Shown: positions 35,909-49,471 of the stretch, one piece after another
Position numbering within the stretch: position 1 is the first letter of the stretch
Layout: every line of letters begins with the position of its first letter
Position numbers and translations under genes: made by a program
The notes under the pieces: model-generated
What the model was told of the DNA's origin: nothing
What the model saw: the letters and a program-made list of their open reading frames with translations, nothing else
Databases searched by the model: none
Assembly (NCBI RefSeq): GCF_048593235.1
Contig: NC_133620.1
Location: forward strand, 291,167,765-291,231,764
From: Sminthopsis crassicaudata
Lineage: Eukaryota
Direction of reading: 5' to 3'
DNA: 64,000 nucleotides

Positions 35909-37354
35909 CTTCCAGAGTCCGGCCCTCTTTGCGTCACAAAGCCTCTCAGGATGGTGACAGGACCCGGAAAGCGCCTTCCGGCTCTCTAGGACGTTACTTG
36001 AGGGCGGGGCTTTTCTATGCGGCCGTATGACGTCGGAGGAAGAAATAGAAGCTTCCCCTCCCGGCCGAACAATGTCAGCGAATGTGACTCGGCATTGGGG
36101 CGCGGCCTGTCTTTGTAGCGGGAGCCTCTCCGGAGGCGGAGATTCCCCCCCTACGCGGCCTGAGGTGCCCAGCTAGCATGCGCGAAGCTCGACCCTGTCC
36201 TAGGTTACTACTGGATCGGCCCTGCGAACGACGAAAGTGAACTACAGTCACCCGGTCTTATGATTGGATCCCCAGAACTCCGGATCCCTCCCTCTTTTGA
36301 ACAAAGTTCCTCTATCCTCCTGTGTACCCAAACCTCGGAGTGATGCGCTAGGCTAAGCCGAGAAAGTACTGGGGATAAGGTGGGGGTGGGTAGGGATCTG
36401 ATGGATGCTGAAAGCAGCAGTCTGGGGACGACCCAAATTCTAGGCCATGAGGCTCTAGTGCAGGGAAACCCCCACAATGGAAATAGAGGGATGTGCCTGC
36501 ACCTAAAATAAGTGTTCACCCCCTTGACTGAACAATACTTTCCCTGAAATGGGAGAGAACCTCAGCTATGCCTTTCCTGCATTAAAATGGACACTGTATT
36601 ATCCTTCAAAGGGAGGGAGGGGGTGCGCAATACCATTATCACCATTGCCACCCCCCAAAAAAGATTAGGAGCCTGATGAGGAGCAAGGAGCAACAGAAAA
36701 AGGGACAAGCAAATCCCAAATACAGGGATGCTGGGAGACCCCAAAACTGGTGTGAGGATTGCCCCCAAAAGAAAGAAAAACAAGATATGAAATTGTTTTC
36801 CCTGTGCAGATGACTTCCCATGGGTGCCTGCCTCTGGAACAGTTCAAGTTTCTCCCCTTACCCTAGGATGAGATCACTTAAGGATGGAGCATCCAATCAT
36901 GTCCCCTCTATCCATAATGAACTAGATTCTGTTATCTCCTAATAAAGCTAAGTAGAGAAAGTGAGAGCGCATGACACATAATTGGAGTGGGACTTCTCAC
37001 ATGCTCCACCTCCCCTCCAAAAAAAGGAATGAATATTTCAAATGCTTGTAAAAAAAAAAAAAAAAACAACAAAACAACTTTGGGGTTCCCACAGAGAATC
37101 TGTCATTTATGGTCACAGCAATTAGATGTAAAACTTCTCAAACTATCTTCTTAACTCAATGGAGGAATCCAAATGCCACCTTATTCTTTGCTGACATTCC
37201 CTAATACAAATGCACAGTAGCCACTTAAATAACTAAAGGGCAGAAGTTAAGAAATTTGAAAAAAAAATTAGTATCTCTAAGGAGATGTCTACTGGTGGTC
37301 TGGCATTATAGTCATCTTGTTCAGGAATGAGAAACTACCTAATGCTTAGTAAAG

Positions 37355-37512
37355 CAGGGGTTCTCAAACTACAGCCCGCAGGCCAGATGCAGCCCACGGG
37401 TTATGGCAAATGGAGGAGACAGTGTGGGTTTTTGTTTTTACTCTAGTCCGGCCCTCCCACAGTCTGAGGGACAGTGAACTGGCCCCCTATTTAAAAAGTT
37501 TGAGGACCACTG
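37355..37512. mobile_element. non-autonomous hAT (OC1/OposCharlie-like) MITE
   Basis: 158 bp. TIRs CAGGGGTTCTCAAACT / AGTTTGAGGACCACTG (14 of 16 match). Right flank GCTTAGAA; GCTTAGTA lies 3 nt before the left end (near-TSD with central TA). Family name is from recall. Confidence 0.78.
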
Positions 37513-38698
37513 GCTTAGAATCTTTGGGAAACTGAAAGGCTAGACATTAGGAAAACACTCACCTATGTGTCCTAGGCATACAAGTCCATGAAGTCACATC
37601 CTCCATCATATCTCTCAGCGCCAACCCTGCTTATAACAGTTTTCTCTATTCAAGAGATCCACAGGAGTTATTACATTTCCTCATTCTAGTTTCCTAGTCC
37701 TCAATACTGAGAAGTTGCCCCTGCCCCAAGACCTTGATCCTTCCTAGTCTTGACTTTCCAACTCTTTGAGGAAAAAGATCATCCTATTTTACATTATATA
37801 TCTTTGTATTTTTAGCATGGAGTTTGAGAAACAGGATCATAGGATGGTAGCCAGTAAAGACCTTAGAAGAACCCTAGTGCCATTATTACAGAATAATAGA
37901 TCAAGAACTGAAAGGCACCTCCGAAGTTAGTCCCAAAAACACAAGGAAGTGAAAGGACACACAAGTCGGAAGTTAGATTTGAACATAAGTCCTATAATTC
38001 CAAAAACCATGTCTTTCCCCCATACTATGCTGAAGAAACTTAAATGGGTCTGTGATTTCAATGATGGGAAATCCCTTCAATAAAATAGGCCATCCATGCA
38101 CATCTTCCTACTCTCTACTACTCTTGTTCATGCCTTCTACGTTTGCCACAGAGTGTCTCCCAAACATGTTGGACACCATTCTAGTTTCCTTTTAACATTG
38201 TGAGACTATCAATGAAGTGTGTAGGTGCCCAGTAGTTAGCCCATCTTACCATCTCAGTAACCCACTCTTATTTTGAATGGATTACATGTTCCCACCTGCC
38301 ATGTGCTTCTCCATTGTTCTTTGAAACTCATTTTTTAATTCTTTGGAAACTCATATCATATAGCTCACAACCATACAGCACTTTTAGAAACTGGTATTTA
38401 AAAGACAGGAGTTTGTTTCAAAAAGAAGCTTCTGTTGAAGAGACTGCAGAGTTGTTCTACCAAAATACTGCATTTATACAAGTTGTAAATACTTATGATA
38501 TAATCAACTGATATAGAAGCTTCTCAGATTCAAATTCCTCACTCAAGTTGGAGGCATCCATTCACAGCAGGAAGTTCTGACCCAGAAGAATTTCTGGCAA
38601 GTCACTTGGTCTCTCAGAATCTCAATTTCCTCATTGGTAAAACTGGCATAATAATATTGGCATTCCTATTTCAAGACATCTTTGCTTTTGTTTTTTAA

Positions 38699-39986
38699 TG
38701 AAGCGACAGATAAATGTGAGGTATGTTATGCCCATTTCTTTGAATTGTTCTTCCTCAGTCTTGCTGGAGGCAACTCCCTTCCCAGACCTGGCCACTCAGG
38801 CATTCCAAAGAGTCATAAAACTCCAGGTGGCTTATCTCAAACACTTGGTTTCCGGCTCAGACATCCTATCTCTAACTTCTTCACTTATTAGAATTAATGA
38901 TACTTCCTTTTTTATTATAATTATAGCTTTTTATTTACAAAATATATGCATGGGTAGTTTTTCAACACTGACCCTTGCAAAACTTTCTGTTCCAACTTTT
39001 CCCCTCCTTCCCCCCACTTCCTCCCCTAAACGGCAGGTAGTCCAATACATGTTAAATATGTTAAAGTATATGTTGAATGCAATATATGTATACATATTTA
39101 TACAATTATCTTGCTGCTCAAGAAAGATCATATCTAGAAAGGTAAAAAAAAAAAAAACCTGAGAAGGAAAACAAAAATCCAAGCACACAATAACAGAAAG
39201 AGTGGAAATGCTATGTTGTCGTCCACATTCATTTCCCATAGTTCTCTTTCTGGGTATCTCTGGCTGATTCTCTTCATCACTGAACAACTGGAACTGGTTT
39301 GGATCATCTCATTATTGAAGAGAGCCATGTCTATCAGAATTGATCATCATATAGTATTGTTATTGAAGTGTATATTGATCTGGTTCCACTCATTTCACTC
39401 AGCATCAGTTCATGTAAGTCTCTCCAGGCCTTTCTAAAATCATTTTTTACAGAACAATAATATTCTATAACATTCATATACCACAATTTATTCAACCATT
39501 CTCCAATTGATGGGCATCCACTCAGTTTCCAGTTTCTGGCCACTACAAAAAGAGCTGCCAGAAACATTTTTGCACATGCGGGTCCCTTTCCCTTCTCTAA
39601 GATCTCTTTGTAACATTGCTGGATCAAAGGGTATGTACAGCTTGATAACTTTTTGAGCATAGTTCTAAATTGCTTTCCAGAATGGTTGGATGATCCTTCT
39701 TTACCCCCAACCTATCAGAACTGAAAAGTCATGGTCCTTCCTGGAGTTCCAGCTCACCAGTACTCTACCCCCCCCCCTTGCCTTTGTTTCCCTGATCACT
39801 GAAGCCCTATAAGAGTCTCTCAGGAATCCCAGAATGCTGAGACAAGAGTCTGATTCAGCTGGCTGGGGTGAGCATGAGTCCTGTTTGGTCATGGATCCTG
39901 TTTGGCTGCCAGTCTAAACTCTCGATTAATAAAATATTAAAAACGCTCTCTAATCTCTATCTTGCCTCAGTTTCTCCAGAATTACA
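38699..39986 (+). mobile_element. LTR-like element split by an L1 insertion
   Basis: 38800-38900 and 39930-39986 are sense-orientation homologues of the antisense LTR at 22715-23203. Ends ...AATTACA. Confidence 0.6.
38908..39689 (-). mobile_element. 5'-truncated LINE-1 (3' end)
   Basis: ORF2 C-terminal ORF 39334-39660 plus 3'UTR. Flanks ATGATACTTCC / ATGATCCTTCT. Confidence 0.92.
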
Positions 39987-40160
39987 GTATCACTAATATC
40001 CTCCTGCTTCCCAGCAGGAAAGAATCTCTCCAATCTAAGTAGATGGGGGAAAGAGGGAGAGGAGGAATGCTACACTGAAAGATTATTCTACTAGGTCAGG
40101 GGTATTCCCTAGGGGAGGGGAAAGACTAGGGGTGGGGGTGGGGAACAGCCTGAGGAGTAA

Positions 40161-40175
40161 AACCACTTCCTCTTC
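40161..40175. promoter_or_regulatory. overlapping RUNX-like / PU.1(ETS) motif upstream of GPSM3
   Basis: AACCACTTCCTCTTC, ~480 bp upstream of the GPSM3 ATG. Confidence 0.4.
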
Positions 40176-40638
40176 AGCTAGTTCCTGTGTTGACAGTCAG
40201 CTAGGAAGGATAGAGGACCTGCTATGGGGGAGGGGGAGAGAAAGAGAAAGGGGGAGCAATGTTGCAGTCTGATAATCCCCCACAATACCTATTTCTCCTC
40301 ATCAACATCCACTTCCCCAGGACCCTCAAACAGAGAAAAGTTAGTTTTATTGTATCTTTTTTCAGTACTTTCCAGAGGATAAGAGACTGCAGGGGAGGGT
40401 GGAAAAGGGGAACAGGAGGAAGTTGGTTGGGGGGGAGGGGAAACATCACTAAGAGGGATGGGCGGGGTTTGGGGGGACTAACCCAGAACCCATCTTCCTT
40501 CTTAGAACCCAGGCAACGGGCCCTCAAGTTCTCCCTCAACCCTATTCTATCTCCTGCTACCTTCTAGGGCTCAGGTGTCCAAGCCTACACCACCACTACT
40601 GCCTCCAATTCCCTTCTCACCTCCCCCTACTAAAGGGG

Positions 40639-41903
40639 ATGGAAACAGAGAGACTCCAGGAAGAAGACGGCGATGAGATTGAGCAGGTAAGAAGGGGAAA
40701 GTTGGGAGAAAAGCAAAAAGGAAAATAGGTACAAGACAACAAATTTAGACTTTTAGAGAGACAAGAGTATACAGAGAAACAATGCATTGGAATACCAAGC
40801 AGGCACTCTTTCTTGCCTGGAGATTTGCCTACCTGTGATTGAAGTACCTACCTATCATTTTCAGAGCCTGCCCCCAGATGATCAAGACTGGCCCCCTCTC
40901 AATACTATCAGACCTTGGAGATCTGCACCCCCAACTCCTCCTCATTCCAGGAATCAAAACCCAGGTAATCACTCTATTACTTCTCTGTGCTCTTTAAATC
41001 ATTACCTCAACCTTATTTTTGGCCTAAGTACCAATCTCAGATTTGATCCTAACCTCATTTATAAGACACTCGTTTCTAACTGGTACTCTCCCTCAATTAT
41101 TCCAGAATTTTCATCATCCCATTCCCTAACTGTAACAAACACACCTTTTACAATGCTCCAATATCCAGTCTCTCCATTTACAGCTTCTCCTATCCCTAAC
41201 TCCTCAACCTCCACATTTCTGATCCTCACCCCTACACATACTCCCCCAGCCCTAGGACCCCGCTCCGCCTCCATGCTCTCTCTGCAGACAGAACTCTTCT
41301 TGGACTTAGTAGCAGAAGCTCAGTCCAAAAGGCTTGAAGGACAGAGAGCCACCTTCCACATTTCCTCTGGCTCCCTAGCCACAGCCTCAGTCAGAGTCCA
41401 GGTTTCAGAGGACAAAGACCAACTCTACAGCACCATCCTCAGTCACCAGGTGAGACCAGAGCTTTCCTAACTTCCCTTAGGTATAAGATCCAGTCTGCCC
41501 CTCTGCCCTCAGATTCCCTTTTACACAGCACTCACTTCTCTAATGGACCCAGAAATCTGCATCATCCCCACCCCTCTACCCTTATCTGTTCTTATCCCCA
41601 CTTTTGCTCCCTTCAGAGAGAAAATCAGGTATCCAGCTCCAACCAGTTCTTGAATCTTCCCCTACCCAATCCCCTAACTCCAGTATATCATTCCCTCAGG
41701 AATTCCCTCAGACATCCAATTTCCCCCTCCCCTGCTCACCTTACCTCTACCCCCTTTCTCCCCAGTGCCAGCGTATTGAAGCTCAGCGCTCAGACCCACC
41801 TCTTCCACCAGGAGGGCAAGAGCTTCTGGAGCTGTTGTGGAGGGTGCAGGGAGATGGCCGAATGGAGGAGCAAAGATCCAGACCTCCTACACATAACTGC
41901 TGA
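40639..41903 (+). CDS. GPSM3: G-protein signalling modulator 3 (GoLoco protein, 161 aa)
   Basis: Exons 40639-40686, 40865-40964, 41250-41449, 41766-41903; all GT-AG, 486 nt. GoLoco motifs ELFLDLVAEAQSKRLEGQRA, QLYSTILSHQCQRIEAQRS, ELLELLWRVQGDGRMEEQRS. AATAAA at 42728. Confidence 0.97.
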
Positions 41904-43597
41904 TCTTTCCCCTCTCCTGCTGAAGTTGGGAGGTTGTGGGGTGGAGGTGAAGTGAGGAGTAAGGGACTGAGAGCACTGTCTAAAAATTGTCTCAGCCTGG
42001 GCCTGTCTCCAGGGGTTATCAGGATTTGCAGAACACAGTGAACAATCAACTCCTCTCCTCCATTCTTCTCTATGGGAATAGTGATGCTGAGACCCCTAAA
42101 GTTTCCCCACTGAGACCAGGGCACCTGACATTCCTCTAAGAAAATCAGATTGGGGATGGGAAGAACAGAGAATAATAGCAATGTAGGAGAAAGCCTGAAA
42201 AGAGGGAATCTTGGTAACTTAAACCCTCCCAGGAGGATACCCACACCTTTGTCCACTTGGATCTGAAGTACTGAGGTTAGAATAGAATTCGGTCTTCAGG
42301 AATGACTGAGAAACTATCCAGATCCAACCAGAAATGAGCTGCCTAAGAAACTTCCAGAGGGAGGGGAAAAGGGACAGCACCTCTATCTACTCTATCTTGT
42401 TCCTCTCAAGATACAAACATCTTTGTCCCCTAAGGGGGACCAGTTTTATCTGCACTCTCTCCCAGTCTTCCAAGAAGCCTAGACCTTTGAGGGAATAAGA
42501 GTGCTGCCCTGTATAAACAACTGTGGCCTCTTTCCTATCAGTGAAGGAAAAGGCTTGGAAGGTTGGAGGAAAAAGATCGGAAGCCTCCAGCCCCTTCACC
42601 CTACCACCCATTTCATCCTTTGAGAGGACAGGATGAAGGGAGGAGGCCCAAAGACCGGGTGATCCGAGACTTCACACCCCTTCTCCTTAATCCCACCTCC
42701 CTGAAAGCATATTGTTTCAATTTTATGAATAAATTTAATTTCCTTTTCATCTGAAGACTGGTGACTAAGTGAGAGGGGGCATGGGATCTTTGGGGAGAGG
42801 AGCTAAGGGGAAAGGCCTGAGGCAAGGGCTGGATAGCTCTTTCCTTTGTCTGGCTGCAGGCCAGCTCACCTCCGAGGCTGGTTAATTACTAGCTCATTAA
42901 GCTTCGGCTGGAGACCTCCCTAATTACATACTTACCCCCTCCCCTCTCTGCACAGCTCCCACACTCCTGGTCTTAATTAAGTAAGACAGGAAGGGAGTCT
43001 TTAGGACTAGAAATATGAACAGAGCTGTCCAAGAACCCGGGCACCTGGCATCTCTAGCCATCCCTTATCAGGAGTCGAACGCCACCTCTCCCTCCAGGCT
43101 TTGGTTTCCTTCCCTATAGAAGATCAAAATAAGCATCAGGCCCTTAACTCTCGCAATTCCAATCTTCTCTCCAAAGAACCTTCTCCTTCTCCCCACATCT
43201 TTCTCTTTTTTCCCCACCTCTTCTTTGGTCTCTGTTCTTTGGTCTATCTCTCCGCCCACAACTCCTCCCTGTTCCTCCTCTCCTCTCTCCTCCTCTTCCT
43301 CCTAATCTCCCCTCCCCCAGCTTCCCCCCTCCTCCCTCCCTCTCTCTCACACACACCCCCGCCCGGGCCTCCTCTCTCTTCGGCTCCATTTTCTCCGCCG
43401 CCCGGGGCCGGGGTCTCCTCTGGGGGGGCCCATCCCATATCTCCGAGCTTCCCCCAGGGCAGGGGCCCCCCAGGGAGACAGGTGGGGGGGTGGCAGTAGG
43501 AGCATCGGCCCAAGCAATTTTTCAAGAAAAGGGGGGAACCCGGGAGAAAGGAGGGACTGATCAGGGAGGGGCTCCGGGGGGAGGCCCCCCCCCAGCC

Positions 43598-47270
<3,673 letters not shown>

Positions 47271-47505
47271 TCCAGTCTCTGTCTCAGGGGGTGGGGGGAC
47301 ACATTGGATGACTCCTGAAGAGAGTCATGAAGAGGCCCAGTACATCCTGTGAACACACCCCACCCAAAGGAGAAGCACAAGGCAGAGGGACAAATGGGGC
47401 TTTTCCTCATAAAGGTGTCTCAGTGCTAGGTGTGCAAACCAGAGAGTGGGAAGGATCTCCTAAGGGATCCTTCTCTGTTTGCTTCATTTCTCCCCTCTAC
47501 CCTAC

Positions 47506-47644
47506 NNNNNNNNNNNNNNNNNNNNNNNNNNNNNNNNNNNNNNNNNNNNNNNNNNNNNNNNNNNNNNNNNNNNNNNNNNNNNNNNNNNNNNNNNNNNNNN
47601 NNNNNNNNNNNNNNNNNNNNNNNNNNNNNNNNNNNNNNNNNNNN
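47506..47644. other. assembly gap (139 N) in the PBX2 3'UTR
   Basis: Run of N. Confidence 1.
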
Positions 47645-49471
47645 TATTCCTCTTGTCCTCCCCACTCCACCCTATCCCACTTATCCACTCTAGAATTAGG
47701 CAGAGACGCCACCCTGCCTGCCTAGTGACGCCAAAAATGGAGACAAAATTTTTGGACAGAGGACACAGGCCATGCCCCCTGTGCACCCCACCCCCTGCCC
47801 CCTAAGACAGCTCTTATTACCTCATATGCAGCTCATCTTAAACCAATAGAATTGCTCGGTGGACAAGAGTGTCTGACTCAGATATCTACCTCGAAGGGAG
47901 TTTCTGCTACTTTAGAAAAATGTTGACAGGCTTTGGATTTTTTTTTTTCTAAAAAAAAAAAAAAAAAAAAGAAAAAAGAAAACCTGGGATTCATCTGTTG
48001 GTTTTTTATTTGTTTTTAATTTAGGTTTGTTTTGTTTTGTTTTGGGTGAGGAAAGGGGTTAAGTGTATTGTTTCTTTTGATTTCTTCCTTTCCCATATTA
48101 GGGTTAATAGCCATTAGTATTGGATGGGGGGGGAAATGAACAAATTTAAGAGGACCTGCCAATCTCACTCCCCAAATGGGTCCATCAATCTGATCTACAG
48201 GATATGTTGAAAGAGAATAAAACCCTCCCTTTAGACCTTGCTGGGTACTGAGAACTTTTTCATTTGCATGTGCAAATAAGCTTGCTTCATTCTTCCAGAT
48301 ATCTGGTAATAGGAAAACTAAAGGGGATAAATGACCTCCCCAGGAAATTACTTGAGGAATGGGTCAGCAGAACTGAGGATTGTAATTTTAAGGGAAAAAG
48401 TGAAATCACTTGCCTCCTCTCCCAGGGACTAACACATCTTAAATATGTTTTTGCATTTTTTTTTTTTTATTGTTATCCTAGCTTGGGGGGAAGGGAGGCT
48501 TATTGCCAAATACATGAAATAGGAGGGTATGCTTGTTGTCTCTCCCTCAGTTTCCCCAGAAATGAGGTTTCTGATCTTAGCCCAAAATCTGGGGTGTAGA
48601 GGAGAGCAACAGGGGTGAAGTGTGGGGGGGGGAAGTATTAGAAATGTCCCTTATCTCCACCCCTCTCCCCTCCTGGCTAAACTCCTCAAACATCCTCAGG
48701 ATTTGGTGTGTGTGTGTTGGGATGAGGGGACTCCTCCCAATATAGGGATTCTGGGGCAGGGTCAGGAAGTAATGGGGATGGGGGGGGGGAGGGTGAAGGG
48801 GCAGTTATCTCCTCACTTGTAAACTTGTAGTTTCACAGAACAAATGACAGTTTTAAATAAAGAAATTTTTTTTTCCCCTGGGTTTGGTGAAGAATTTTTT
48901 TCACGTATATGAGAACTTGGATTTCTCTAGGTTTTTAATCTTTCCCCACACATGAAATCTGACATCATCATGGCTTAATGGGACAGACATGGTCTGGAAA
49001 TCTAGGAGTCCCGAGTTTGACACTTGATTTCACAACTCACTTAAAAGTGTTATCCCTTGCCTGATTTTTCCTTCTTTCTCTCAATTCAATACCCTTTCTC
49101 CTAGGGAGAATAGACTTATGCCTAGTCCTATCTAGCAACTTCTCCTCTCTTAGAAGAGGGTCTACTATGCCCACTAGTCTTCAGTGGCTTGGCTTGGGGG
49201 TGCCAAGATTTAGAGCATGTTTCTCCCCAGTTCCCATGGGTGTGGCTTTGCTAAGAGTCAGCAGTACCTGGGTTGGGGAACACAACAGTTTCTTCTGGTA
49301 CTTCAAGGGCCCTTGTTGAGAACCCAGCTGGATTCCTGGCATTCTCCAGGGGAGCAGACAAAAGAGATTGGGGAGAAAAGGGGGAGGAGAATCACAGGGT
49401 GCTGGCTTTATGTGGGACAGTGGCAAGATACTAAGAGAGTCAAACAGCCAGGAGCCTGGGAAGAAGACAGG

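Larger units (their letters stand above)
13577..36300 (+). pseudogene. NOTCH4: NOTCH4 pseudogene, exon 6-30 remnants, with internal inversion
   Basis: Ordered EGF, LNR, HD, TM and ANK exon remnants match the NOTCH4 protein at the syntenic position upstream of GPSM3. At least 11 premature stops plus frameshifts, splice-site losses and missing exons (see per-exon features). Confidence 0.96.
34740..36360. promoter_or_regulatory. CpG island with promoter motifs over the NOTCH4 3' remnant
   Basis: Visibly CpG-rich compared with the CpG-depleted flanks. CACGTGAC 35709-35716, TGCGTCA 35930-35936, CCGGAA 35964-35969 and TTCCGG 35976-35981, GGGCGGGG 36002-36009, TGACGTC 36028-36034, ATTGG 36094-36098. 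Confidence 0.75.

Noticed and set aside
13577-36300. Treating the NOTCH4 lesions as sequencing or assembly error
   Set aside because: The lesions are numerous and include substitution stops, multi-base deletions and a structured inversion. Adjacent genes in the same contig have open frames.
40787-41470. 227-aa ORF spanning GPSM3
   Set aside because: Read-through of GPSM3 exon 2, a stop-free 285-nt intron and exon 3; explained by the spliced gene.
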